From assembly GCF_000002075.1 (NCBI RefSeq), contig NW_004797272.1, positions 2,545,937-2,609,936 of the forward strand: a stretch of DNA of 64,000 nt. The letters are read 5' to 3'. The notes beneath the pieces are model-generated. The model did not search any database. It was not told the origin of the DNA and saw nothing but the letters and a program-made list of their open reading frames with translations. Shown here piece after piece: positions 25,401 through 38,627 of this stretch. The position numbers and the translations under genes are program-made. The first letter of the stretch is position 1. Each line of letters starts with the position of its first letter. This DNA is from Aplysia californica (Eukaryota).

Positions 25401-27971
25401 NNNNNNNNNNNNNNNNNNNNNNNNNNNNGCCTGGTGTCAGAGTTATAAAATTAGCAAGAAAAGGACTGCCAAAGTTTGGAGACTTCCAAAGCTATAATGA
25501 AAATTTACATTTTTCATACCTTTGATCAAGATTTTTCCGTAAAATCCAAGCACACATGTGTTTGTAAATGGACATAAAATCCCAAAACAAAAAAAAAAGA
25601 AAAATTTTGCCCAACCTGCAGAAAAAAAAGGTTTCACTTTCGTTATTTTGACGGGCACCAGATTTCATAACGATGCGACACATTTGTTTGCAAACTTCAC
25701 CAACAAATACTGCTAAAGAAACATGTGTGCTATCTTCAACTATTCTTTCTGTATACATAATTGTGAAACTTTAACAAAAAGCAAACTTTCGCTTTAGTAA
25801 GTTGGAAAGCAAGGCAAAAGCTTTTCCAACTACAAGTAACATTCGGTTCAACAAATTCGTCAAGGGTAGTTAAAGGCTTTGCTTCATAGCGATAAACTGT
25901 TCACTTGTTGTTTCTCTTCCTTCCTTACTAGGATACTTTAGAAACACAAGAAAACATACATTCAAAGAGCCGCAACTTCTAAGTTTAGAACTCATACGAT
26001 CTCTACAAGCAAAAGTTCCTTTTAGACTATCCCAGAGACATCAGGGGCAAACTAAAGCTTGCCCTCACCAGTGTAAGGGTACAGTGAAAGACTAGTCAAC
26101 CCATAAAGCATTTCAAGCACATGTCTCCTAGCCATAAACAAAGGCTGAACAGTTACTTTTGCACAGTTTTCTCTAAAATTTGAACAATCATAACATGTAA
26201 AAATACAGAGACAACACATGACAGTCGACACCTCCATATGATATGCCTGTCACCACAAGCACAGATCAACATGTGTATAAATATACACTTAAATTTTAGT
26301 TTCATACGACCCCTTGCAACAACTAGAGAGGCAGACCAACATATAGACAGTGGTCTCTCTCAGGACCATGTAGAGAGCACAAAAAAAAAAAACCTCGATA
26401 AATCACCTCAGTCGAGAAGCTCCCCCGCAGGATTTAAACCCAGGTCCGATGTACAACAATCAAGAGTATAACCTATAAAGCCTCTGCAAAAATGCACAGT
26501 CAACGCAAACATACATTACTTTTATGCACACTCACTCGGACACAACGTCACTCAAAATAGTAGGCTACTGTAAAAATTTACTTTTGCAAAAAGTTGACCA
26601 TCTTTAAACTCATCTCAGGCCTGTACTCTTTTCAACAGGGAAAATTATATTACCATGATGTTATTTCATTTCATAAACCTCAGTTGTATTATACATATGT
26701 AAATATTTGCATGTAGGTCCCGGCAAAAGTACACAAGCATGTACTACTGATCCATTAAAACAATTTTGGATTTCATTGACTGTAACCTTCACATTCTATG
26801 CTCATTTAAAAACTGACCTTACATTTGTTAACGGATTACTCTTACTGAACAACCATAAAATGATATTCTTTGTTGGCAATGTCAAGGCACAAGACAATTC
26901 ATTCATGTATCTAACATAATATGTATCTAACATAATATACAGCTGTAAGTTACATTGTCAGTGTAAATTCAGCAGTCTTTTAACTTTGTTCTTCTGCGCC
27001 AGCTGTGGGTTATAAAATCATGTATCACGATAAGGGAAGCTGCAATAAATACTCCAGATATGTTCACAGAGCTTTTCTAAAATTTAGTTCAAGCAATAAT
27101 CCGCCTTAAAAAGAATTTTTGCCATACTACTAACCAGTGTGATCAAATGTGGGAGTGGCATACACAAAACATAATTTAACAAAGAAAAGAATCAACCTGA
27201 AATGTCCAAGACCCAATTCAAGAAAGTCCTTCTCAAAGAGAATTTCAATGTTGTTCGCTATCAGAGTAGGCAAGTCAAATGTTTTTCACTAGTAAAAAAT
27301 GTAATCTTGTACAAACTGCATTGGAAGTATACTGTTTATAAAAATAAATGTATCTTTGTGACTGTTAGGTAGTCACCGGCAATGTATATAATTTTTTCCA
27401 TTTTCATTTCTGGGAGAGCAATGGAAATCATATAATACTAAAAAATAATTAACAAAAATACTACATAGTTATCAGGCTCAACCAATTAAAAATATGATAC
27501 CTCTGAAACTCAAATAACATGTAAGTTTCAGAATAAATTCTATTTTATCAAACTTAAAGCAAACACGATGGATCTGAGAGTAGTGCTTGTGACACTCATA
27601 AATTAGCTGTAAATGATAGTGAAAGAGGGATGCTGACTAAATGAGTAACTTCTCAGTCCACGAAAAGAGATAACAGCCGAAAATCAACACGAGTGTCAAA
27701 TTTGTAGATTTTCAACTGATGCCATTTTCTTCAAGTTTACCAAGTCTTTTACTATTTCATAATAATAAATTATGTACACTCAGACAGTTGATTTAATGTA
27801 TCTCTTGCCACAAAGCTAAAGTCTGAGAAGTTATCTCATTTTGTCAACACATCTCACATAATATACTTAAGAACATACGTACATCACGTTTTTCTCACAG
27901 GCAACAGCCATCGGGAACTCCAACAGACAGTACAACAATCCCCCAACCTCAAACACTCACTTCCAAACATA

Positions 27972-28151
27972 TCATGCAATCGTGCACAGAGCACTTTTGG
28001 GTTGCTTTTGGGTCTTTTTCGAGGCAGCCGCATAAGAATTACTGTAGTCAATGATCTCAGCTTTGACCACTCGCTGGTGCTGGTCAATTTCCGGTTTACT
28101 CAGTTTGATCTGCAGGATATCTGCTGCAACCTTTTGAAAACACAGTGATAC
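27972..28151 (-). CDS. RAB28: Rab28 last coding exon (VSLCFQKVAADIL...KSALCTIA*)
   Basis: CFQKVAA.IL.IKL.K.EI..QRVVKA matches Rab28, ending in CaaX CTIA and TGA. The six exons total 672 nt, giving 223 aa plus stop. Confidence 0.95.
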   Translation of the reverse strand, partial: VSLCFQKVAADILQIKLSKPEIDQHQRVVKAEIIDYSNSYAAASKKTQKQPKSALCTIA

Positions 28152-30148
28152 CTGGAAGGAAGCAAGAAATTCAAATATTATTAGCAACTTATCAAAGGTC
28201 AAAGAGCGACAAAAGTCTGCTAAATCCTACGAGCTCAAAAACAGGGTTCTGCGCAGTGGCAACTGACAATGGTGTGATTGTAAAATTGTTTGCCACGGGG
28301 TGATGCAGTCAACTACGGATCAGTTGATGTCATAAGGGAAGTGAAAAAAAATAAACTCATCTGAAGTTCAACTGAACTGTCGGGACAACAAAATCAAGGG
28401 ACATTAGAAAGTCTTTTCCCGTGCTTATTCTAATGCTAGTACTGTTGTAAAAATGGTGGCGACAGGAAAAGTTTTGCGAGCAATATATATTCACTTCATA
28501 AATCACTGCNNNNNNNNNNNNNNNNNNNNNNNNNNNNNNNNNNNNNNNNNNNNNNNNNNNNNNNNNNNNNNNNNNNNNNNNNNNNNNNNNNNNNNNNNNN
28601 NNNNNNNNNNNNNNNNNNNNNNNNNNNNNNNNNNNNNNNNNNNNNNNNNNNNNNNNNNNNNNNGACAGGGGGAGTGGTTGCAATCGTTCAGTGGCAGTGA
28701 GACTAACAATGTGCATGTACTAGCATAATATAGGCCTACCTATAGGCCTACCTCAGCAAAAAAACGGGGTACGGTAAAACTGTCGCTTTTTGCCTTGTCC
28801 TTATTTTCACAGTGTTCAAAGTCTGTTCTTAACAAACTTTACATCACTAAAATACCTTGAAGGTTAAAAGCAAAAAGAACATTTTACACAGGGGCATTTT
28901 AGACATGATTGCTTTTAAAGAGTAGAAAACAGCAGAGTCAGACCTATTGAAAATATTCTCAGGAAGATATAAAACATCAAAAGAATCTATGTTCACTTGT
29001 TCTATTTTCAATTGGGTATAACTTATAAGTTCAATCAAATTTTGAAAGAAGATTGGCATAAAGTACCTCCATTCAACTGTACTCACCTGGACAAAGAAGT
29101 CTAAAGACAAAAGACCTTAAACTAAAAGAACGGATTTGTATGCAATACATATTACAAATGTTTATTTATTCAAAAACTGTTTTGTTATACTTTTCTTTGT
29201 CCTTTTTCTAATAAACAAATTCAGGAAAATCGCAGAAAAACTAAGCTTTCAAGAAACCTAAACTTATTATTGAAGCAAGCGTTGCTTTCCAAATCTTTGG
29301 GTGCTAAGACCTGCCAACCACTCTATAACCAAAAGTAGCTTTCCTCTGAATCCTCCCTAAAAATCGGTTTTTGGGATAAAATATCAGAGTCCAAATTAAT
29401 TAACCATGGCAAATAAATGTTTATTGCAAATGTATACAAAAAATATGAATGTGTATTTTCACATCATTTATAATAAGTTGTTCAAGTATTGCAATTAAAC
29501 CTCAATATTTTCATTTCAGTTACAAAAAGCTGTGCATATATTGCAAGCAAACCGGTGTATTTTCACGTCATTTACTATAAGTTCCATACAACCGATGAAA
29601 ACAGAATTCAAGAGTGTTTGGCAGGTCTGGATACTCTCTACTGTACAACAGAATTCATGGAAGAAAAACACAGAGACTTTGCACCTATTAGCAACTTATG
29701 TCATCTGTGCCTAAATTAACTCTTTCATGACCTATATGACTTACGCCGTTCATCACTTTTTTGTAAACAGCAAAGGAGCCCAGATGCTGCTGTGACGTAC
29801 GGCAATCGTCATGCCTTGCGATGACCGAGGACCATGATGACGAACGCCTCTAGTTATGGATTGCTTTCAGCATACTGCTTCTATTAAAAACTGATCGCAG
29901 ATTCATACTCGGGAGATATTTTTTTGGTACAAAAAATATTTTACCTTTTAGAGATAGTAGTATTTACAAGCCAAATCTAATTATAGGCAACCAACCACTA
30001 AATCTTGCGCTACTCTTTGTCCCTGCAGATCCAAAACTGTGCCCGGCAAAGCACAAACTGACCCTGTGTCACGAATGGGTATTTAAGAAAATAGATAAGA
30101 AGTAAGTCTTTCTGAAAGACTGTTACAGATTTACAAGTAGATTCTTAC

Positions 30149-30252
30149 CGACTCTCCAGTCTTTGCCGACACATAATAAGGATTCATATTGTGGTCCTGG
30201 GCAAACTTCTGGTGTTTGTCTTGTTTCACTGTCCTCATATGTTCAAGGTCAC
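30149..30252 (-). CDS. RAB28: Rab28 coding exon 5 ([35 protein letters not shown])
   Basis: DLEHMRTVK and G5 SAK. CAG/GTAAGA boundaries, 104 nt. Confidence 0.95.
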
Positions 30253-30844
30253 CTGCCGAAACAAGAGTGTATTCTCAATAAAGCCTAAAGGAACATAACA
30301 GCAAACACTTGCAAGACATTAAAATAATACTTTCAAAGTGGCTACTCCTCTTGAGGACTAATCATACTAATAAATCACAAATCAGTAAAAAATTTCATAC
30401 AGTCAAAGTGCATAATATTCTGAAGTCAAAGCATAAAATAGGGATCTAAACAATAACCTATTCATTAATTCCATGTTACATTTTTTTCTATTGAAAAGAT
30501 TATTTTAGATAATTTGATGCCTATATGTAAACACTTTCACACATTGTAAACAATACAGGCAAATGAAGACTCATTTACAAATTAATGAGCACATCTCATC
30601 CCTACTTCACAAGTACTTTGCTATGATCTGTTTAAAAGCACAGGCCTGTCAAGCATACATTTTTCATGAAATAAGGTTGTCAGCTTTTTTTAAAAAATGA
30701 TGATAAAGGGGCATTTCTACTACCAATGAAAAAACATTTTATAGCTCCTTAATTTAGTAGCATGGACACTTTGTGCAAGAGCTGAAGAGATTTTATCCAA
30801 CCTTTAAAAAAATAGTAAACAAAAATTTAAAGCTCACAACAATC

Positions 30845-31296
30845 TACTGTCGAACCTGCTGTATAGGACAATCACCTATGAAAAAAGACCACTGCCCTTG
30901 TCTTCCTTTTTTTTTCCCTTCCTGCCCCAGCCATTTTTGTGCACTCCCTAACCCCAGTCCCAACCAATATACAGCAGTATTTCAGAAAAAGTGATGTAGT
31001 AGCTTTGTAATGAGGTTTAGATAATAACACATAACAAAGTTTTAAGGTAAATGGACAAATATTATGAAAATTAAAGTTTAATTAACTATGCTCATTTCGC
31101 AAAACGCTCAAATTCGGTACCCCCGAAACTGAGATTATACGCTCTTGGGATGGTGGGAGGTACAAGCGCTGCTGAACATATATGCGCTTGGGGCCGGAAG
31201 GGTTAAATCATAATGACACTGTGTGAGACGTCCACCTGTCTAAGATGACCACTTCTACTCGACAATGGGTGGCCATATTAAACAATTTAGACTGAA
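30845..31296. mobile_element. Tigger-like MITE containing a TTAA-flanked insert (31082-31206)
   Basis: TACTGTCGAACC...TTTAGACTGAA termini. The internal segment runs TTAA...GAAGGGTTAA. Confidence 0.5.
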
Positions 31297-32118
31297 TTAT
31301 CAATACAGAGACAAGATGAGCAGGAATAAGACTTGAACAAAGAATCTATCTCCCTAAGCAGCCAAAATAAATTCCATTTCTCCCTGTCCTTATCCCTCCT
31401 TTATCAATATCAACCTCTCCCAAGTGTTTGGGATCAATGCGTGTCCATTCTGGCCAGGAAAACTTTTGCTGTGATCGAGGAACATAGTTATGGTGTTATG
31501 CTCTAATCATGTTACTGATCTCTTGAAAATAATTGCCAAAGAAAGTTAATACCGCAACTAAATCAGTTATAAAGGATCTGCATCTTGGTCCAATGAAAAG
31601 GTTTTTATTGGGGACTAGCAGAAATGGTCTGAGATTTTAAAAATGAGTTGACCTATTTCTTCCAGTTTCATGGTAAGAGCAAAACATCATTGATACACAA
31701 TTTTCACCTACAGGAGATGCTATAATCCCTTTCGTTCCTTAGCTAGTTTACACAACATGCACACCAGTAATCAAACAGTGATGAGGAATTTCACCATTGT
31801 GCGCAGAAGAACCGAGTTTGATTCCCCTGTGGGAAGAATTTCGATCAAGTGTCTCAACCTTTCTGCTTGGACCTTGTTTACTTCTCAGCTAATATTGACC
31901 CTGGCAGGCAGGATCGCAGCGAGACTCCATAAGGATCTAAAATGTGTTAATGGGGCCAGTGGTCAGTGTTGACACTTAGTTCTAAACAAAAAAACAAAAC
32001 AAACAAAAAATTACCCACACATTAAAGCAGGGTCAAACAAAGTTACTCATATTTTTTTTTCCAACAGCAACAAATGAGAATTTCTTCACAATGGCAATAA
32101 ATGCTTTAACCAACTCAC

Positions 32119-32245
32119 TTTTGTTTCCAACAAGGGCCATGTGAGGCATAGGGCCAGAGCCACAAACCTTCTTGACTGCATGGAACCAATCTTCGAGGTT
32201 CTCAAAGCTAGAGTAGTTGGTGATGTCATACACCAGGAGAACACC
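32119..32245 (-). CDS. RAB28: Rab28 coding exon 4 ([20 protein letters not shown]...ALVGNK)
   Basis: [13 protein letters not shown] and the start of G4 (NK). CAG/GTGAGT boundaries, 127 nt. Confidence 0.96.
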
Positions 32246-32899
32246 CTGTACAAAAAATGGATAAGGCAGAAAAAAAAATGTTAGTCCGTAGCATTAGAAA
32301 AAGGTGTTTCCGAGTGTAAGTTACGAAGATAGTAAAAGAAAGAGCGAAACATCATGTTTTGAAAACTTTCAAAAACAAGGGAAAAAAAACAATTATAAAA
32401 TCATATGATGTCATGCAGAAAGGTCTTTTGGCATACATTTAAAATCTATGCCAAAACAGTTTTTTCCATAACATACTTTTAGTACACATAAACCCTCAGA
32501 CACATTTGAAACATGTTTGAATCAAGTGGGGAGAGAAAGGGGATTGGGGAGGGGGTCGCTCGTTACTTGGATGTCCTTCCTTATGACACCCACAAAGGCT
32601 TTTGGGGGGGGGGGGGGGGAAACAATTTGTTAGAAAGCATTGGCTCCCAAAGTATAGCAATATCAAAGTGACAAAAATAAAATATCCATATATGTAAAAT
32701 ATTTAAAAACTGCTAGCAGCCTGACAGCGATGAGAAAATAGTTTAAAGGAGATATGAGATTACACCAAGGTTGCACCAAGAAAAAAAAAGATTTTTTTAA
32801 AAATACCCCCAAAATACACCCAAAACTCCACAGCAATAATGTTGGCCAACCAAAAGGCACAGAAACAGGAGAGCATCAAAATGAACACCAAGCACTCAC

Positions 32900-32988
32900 A
32901 TGAGCGCCGAATATATAGTTGTCCAACATTGTTCCTCCTAAAGTTTGTCCACCTATGTCCCAAACCTGTAAGGCCACATTTGTATTTC
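32900..32988 (-). CDS. RAB28: Rab28 coding exon 3 ([30 protein letters not shown])
   Basis: Rab28-type G3 motif WDIGGQ. CAG/GTGAGT boundaries, 89 nt. Confidence 0.96.
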
Positions 32989-33846
32989 CTGAAAATAAAG
33001 AAAAAACAACTGTGGTACACAACAGTAGCATATATATATATATATATATCATACTATAATGAAGGAACAGCACAACTAATCAATATCTTCGATAAAAAAA
33101 AATATACATATTTAAGTATAAATGTAGAAGTTGAAAATCTTACTGTAACAAATCATTCAACTAGAAACAAAGAGATCACGCAAGATCACATTATTGTCAA
33201 ACATGGTGATTACAGTGCTTTCAGTAAATTGCATGAAAACATAATTTTAACATAGCCTTGAAGCTTAAGTGTTGTCGTTAAAAAATGTACAGCATTTAGC
33301 AATAGTTGATAAGGCCCTTGAGTACACAATAATCTGTCTCCCATTATTCTTGTGTAACTTGGACTTGACCCTTCAAAACAGAACAACCTTTGTATGCCTG
33401 TAAAGACGGGAACTTGTAAAAGTTTTACTTAGCAAAGTGAACTATTTTCTCAATGACTAATGAATGAAAGGTATAACAAATGCTACCACCACTGTCTGTA
33501 CAGACTGAACAAATCCAGATCTGTGGTTCTTTTTCTTGGGCTATTTTCTTTTATTCATATCCTTAACTCCTGGATTTGAGTGTTTAACATTTGTTTGTTA
33601 TAAATACTGTAAATAAAACTTACGTCAAAGTACTGGGAGCAAATTCAGGTAATTAGAACCACCTCTCCATTTTGATTACTAATTAGTTAAGGCTCTTGAA
33701 TATACACATTAAAATCTATCTCTATTTACAGGAAAACTTAAAGTAGCTCACATTTGAAAAGCAATATAAAAATGTGTGGACTAGTGAAAAAAAAAATGTG
33801 AGAAATTACAACGATAATATCAGAAGAATAAATTTTAAAAGTCACA

Positions 33847-34776
33847 TACAGTCAAACCCTCCTTGTAGATGGTTGGCCAGTGCTTTGGTGTGGTTTGCTC
33901 CTTCTTTCCTATCACATATCAATCATCCTTATCTCTAATTAATACTTCTTTTTTGAGTATGTTACTCTCCTGTAACACCTCTAATCTTCGGCCTTTATGA
34001 CCTTATCGAGTTGCAAGAGCCGCAAAGTTACGGCTAAAACTAAAAGCCCTGCCTTAGCAATCTCCTCTCCATGGCAGTCACCTGTACAAATGACTAATGT
34101 TTCATGATAATCCTATGTTTTTCCTATTATAATTATAACCTGTCTGTTCAATGCTGCCACTGTCAGTTATTCTTGTGACAAGTAGGACTCTAAACCTGCT
34201 CACGGCCGTCCCTCCCTACAAAAGTTTTCCACCACCTCGTCCTCAGACCGAGTGTATGTGTTCAATCAGTGCAAAAAAGCAGCTGGACTTATCACCTGGC
34301 TAGGCACCGCCAACTAAACAAGAGGGGGTGGGATTTAATGCAGCATTTAGCGAAGGATATTCGAGTGTCTATTGAACTAAGCCCACTGCTGCTGCCCATA
34401 CATTACGCAAAAGCCAGTAATAAACACACTGTTGCTGAACTCAGTAAACGTCATTCAGCCATATATGACAGGCAGTGTGGCATCTGTTATATGGTGACAA
34501 TCAGTTGCCAGGGTCAGGATTTGGGATTTTTTTGTTGTTTATTCGTTTGTTTCTTCTTTTTTATTCTTATTTTATTGTGTGAATGACTGCTATACTGAGA
34601 GTATTTGAGTAAATTGGCAGCATTTCCTTTTTTTAAAGGGCCTCATGATACGTAATAATTTCGATAAAAATGAAAAGGAAAAATATCATTCAGACCCTGC
34701 ACAAAACAGGCAATTGTCTATGACAGTCCCCTTCACTGGTGATCTAGAGTGGCTGTTACTAACAGGTTCGACAGTA
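33847..34776. mobile_element. Tigger-like MITE interrupted by a headless-retroposon copy (33866-34044, +)
   Basis: TACAGTCAAACC...GGTTCGACAGTA termini. The retroposon copy has an AAAACTAAAA tail. Confidence 0.6.
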
Positions 34777-34980
34777 TACTGGTAAAAAAAAAATTTCCCT
34801 CTCTCTTTTAATGGGAAAAGTGATTAGACCACTAGAAAACACTACTTCAGTGGAATCGAAATCATCTATTTGAGGAATCAAAGACAAATCAAAGACAGTA
34901 TATTAAAGTATTCAGAAAGATTAACCATAGCAATATCAACAGAATATTTAGTCAGAACTTTGAAAAGTAGAAAAACTCAC

Positions 34981-35077
34981 CTTGAAGATTTATCCTTTTG
35001 AGGAAAAAGTCGAGACCAACTGTTTGACCATACTGCTTGGAGAACTGTTCTTGTGAATATCTCATACACAATGAAGT
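34981..35077 (-). CDS. RAB28: Rab28 coding exon 2 ([32 protein letters not shown])
   Basis: CAG acceptor and GTGAGT donor, 97 nt. Contains switch [10 protein letters not shown]. Phases fit exons 1 and 3. Confidence 0.95.
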
Positions 35078-36609
35078 CTGTCACAATAGAAAAAGAAAAG
35101 TATACAATTAGAAACTAATGAAAAACTAAACAAAAAGTTGCTTTAAAAAGTCAAAAACAAACAGAAATTAAATTTTGCATTACATCATATATGGCCAACT
35201 AGTCTAAGAGAGTAACTCTTCCATTGGGACCTTGAAATCACTAGTATCTTTTACAAATTATGATTCTCACTTCAACAGCCATACAATCCATTGCCACTGA
35301 TCACAGACGAGGTGCAGCTGACTTCCAAAACATGAGGTGCATTGGTGTTATCTTCACAAAAGTATTCAGCAATTTCCCTATTGGAAGATTTAGAGGAAAC
35401 AGAAAACTGGAAATCCCTGAACTGCTTCCTTTACATGATACACCTGATCACACGTCCTTTCAAGCTCTCATGCTTGCCAGTTGGCAATTGGAATTCCTCA
35501 GATATGAAGACACCTTGAATTCACAAGTATTATAGAGAAAGAGAAAGAAGAGGAATAAATGAAGCTTGTGGTGCTATAAAGATTAGTCCATACTTTTCCT
35601 CATTACATTACTACAGGCCTTTCACATTTCTGGCATGAAGTTACAATTTATAACATTGTCTTTTATATCTTTGTTCATGTTACCACTTTTGTTTACTTCA
35701 TGTACAACATATTTCAGGTTCTATTATATCCCATTTTTTTGTGTGTGTTTTGTGGTAGTGTGGTAGGTGAACTAGAATACATGAATAGAATTCTAGGTAG
35801 TTGTCACAGAGGGGTAGGTGTAACATTTAAAAGAATCACTGTTGTTCTTTGACTTGGTAACTTTGAATTGTCAAACGGTGATACCCCTATTTTCAAGAAG
35901 TCAGGGGTGCCATTTATCACCCCTAAAAACTAGTAGCACTTTACACACCCAACAGGTAATGTGCGATGATGTGTCTCAATACTAGTAGCAAGGGTTTTGT
36001 ATTACACTGAGCGAGGGGAAAGCCTGATGGGCTCATGTAACAAAGATGATGTTTGTGTTGCTTGGCATCCTTCCCGCAGGGCGATTTGAATTCAAGACAA
36101 ATGTGAGGAAAAATTTGATCTGCTTTTTCGAGATGAGCTATTCGACATATCCATACAGATGTTTGAGATTGCTGAACAAAGAAAATACAGCAGTTCAGTC
36201 AGGGAATGGCAAATTGTAAGCTGTCCATGATTTTAAGCTTTCAATGTTAATGTTATCTGTTCTTGTTCGTATCTCAAAACATAAATATAGTTCGTACGTT
36301 TGCAACTGCGAAATTTGCACTTTTGGGGGGAAAAAAATGTTAAACCTTTGAAAAAATAAACGAAGTGGCTCGCCGCACTGCCAGTCTAGCCGTACTTAGA
36401 TCTAGGTTTGGCCCCATTGACCGAAACACCTGTTGAGTACACAGGTCTCATTGGATCTAGTAATTATTCAAGTTTAAAATACATGCATGTCAGTAAAGCA
36501 CCTTTCGGTTTCATCTAAAATACAAATACTTTAGGTATTGCAAATTAAAATTTTAATTACAATTCAGCTATTATTATCAAATATGGCTAGCCTGCCCGTC
36601 TAGCCGTAC

Positions 36610-37367
36610 TTAACTCACCCACTACCACATCCGCAACTGTTGCGGGTAAAGTAGTTCCAACGTCGCGATACAACACCCGCAACCCTTGTGGTTTCGCACT
36701 TTGGAATTTTTCTCTCACATTAAAACCCCACCGTTTGCGGTACTGGTTCGTCTTTTTCATAGCCCATTCAATTTTCTCTCATTAGAAAAAAACTAAACCA
36801 AAATCGGACGAGCGCAAGTTGAGTCATTGACCTTTACGGCTACCGCAATTAGAAGATCGCAACGTCTTTGACACTTTTCAAACCTTTGACGACAAAAGTG
36901 ACTCAGAAACCGATGAATTTGTCGGAGATTGTTATGATGAATTGGTTCGGGAAATTATTGATCATTCTTACGAACCACCAAAGGCAAAGAGGAGTAAAGT
37001 TTAGAAGGGCCTCCAAAACCTAGATCTAGGGTTGCAGTAGTGGGGAAGAATGCGAGTAATAATAATAATAATATTAAATGACATATAGCGCTCAGCCCCG
37101 ATTAAAGTACACAGGCTCTGAGCACTTTACAATACAATACAATGTACAACAGTAACATAAAACGTTGTGTTCTGACTAAAAGAAAATTACTCCAAATATT
37201 CATCTTATTAATTTAAAAACAGAAACGACTTCCGCTGACATTTGAATGAATCAAAAGATTTGATCTCTCTTAAAGTACTTGGTAAAGCATTCCAGATCTT
37301 GGGGCCTTAAAATGGCTGGTACACAGGGAATAGCGACCCCGAAAATTGCTGGTAGTGAGTGAGTCAA
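36610..37367. mobile_element. piggyBac-like non-autonomous element
   Basis: TTAA-CTCACCCACTACCA ... TGGTAGTGAGTGAG-TCAA inverted termini. Confidence 0.7.
37057..37306 (-). mobile_element. L2/CR1-group LINE 3' end nested in the piggyBac-like element
   Basis: GPKIWNALPSTLREIKSFDSFKCQRKSFLF*, then GCGCTATA and a (TTA)n tail. Confidence 0.85.
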
Positions 37368-38133
37368 GTACAGCTAGCCTAGTCTTCTAGCCGTACTTAA
37401 GTAGAGTTAGCCTGCCAGTCTAGTTGTACTTATTTTAGGCCCTATTAGACACCTGTTGAGTACACTCACAGGTCTCAGTAGTAATTATTCAGGTGAAAAA
37501 TACATGCACTGTCAGTAAGGCACCTTTTGGTTTCGTCTCGAATACAAATACTTTAGGTATTGAGTATTTCAAACAAAAAATTTATTTACAATTCAGTAGA
37601 CCTATTTTGCTGTTTGTAGTTGGCATGCTACGTTCACAGCTCCCTGAATGTAGTTTGCAGGCGCTGTTGAGGCTACGTTCACGGCACTCAAGCTTTGTTT
37701 GGACGGAGCATCCACTGTCGGATTTAGTAAGCCGGTTTTAGTCCGTGACGACAGTGACGTATTTAATATTATGGCCTGCTTCAAACGTTCCATCCAAGAG
37801 ATAAATAAAACGAAGCAGTGATGCTTGACCGATCGACCATTCGCTGTTTTTCCTTACACTGAGCTCTGGCTCAGAGCTCGCCAGGGTAAGGGAAAACGAC
37901 GAACTCTCAATTACGAAACAAGACATTAAATTAGGATATATATGACAAAAATGTAGGCCTATCAAGATGTTTCAATTGCCCTATCTCGCGTCCAGGCGAG
38001 ACTTGCGCGCGACCTTGTTTTAGCGCGTGACGGCCCATGATAATAATATATATATATACGAGTGTAAGCAAAAATGTTCCAGCGCTCTAGAGTGGAAAGC
38101 GTGCTTGTCTGCGGGCTGTGTGGGTGTGAGTGT

Positions 38134-38165
<32 letters not shown>

Positions 38166-38627
38166 GAGTGAGAGAGAAAGAGAAAGAGAGAGCAAGAGAA
38201 GACGNNNNNNNNNNNNNNNNNNNNNNNNNNNNNNNNNNNNNNNNNNNNNNNNNNNNNNNNNNNNNNNNNNNNNNNNNNNNNNNNNNNNNNNNNNNNNNNN
38301 NNNNNNNNNNNNNNNNNNNNNNNNNNNNNNNNNNNNAGACAGACACAAAGAGAGAGAGAGAGGGTGTTTGTTATTATAATAAGAATAATTGATTCCTGTC
38401 ATTTTCTCTCTGCCTCAGTTCCCACGCTGATCCAGTGCAATACAGTCATTATCAGGGCTGGTTGTAACGGAGTACAAGTACTCTGGTACTTGTACTTACG
38501 TTACAATTTTCGGTACTTTTACTGTACTCCGGTACATTTTGAGAACCAGTACTTTTACTGTACTCCAATACTTTTCATAAAAGTACTTTTGAGTATTTTA
38601 AAAGTACATTTTGAGTACTTTTGAAGC

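Noticed and set aside
25178-25663. MITE with weak inverted ends
   Set aside because: The terminal match is only partial, no TSD was found, and the interior is interrupted by a gap.
29834-29894. C/D-box snoRNA (ATGATGA...CTGA)
   Set aside because: It is antisense to the host intron, has no clear terminal stem, and no rRNA-complementary guide was recognised.
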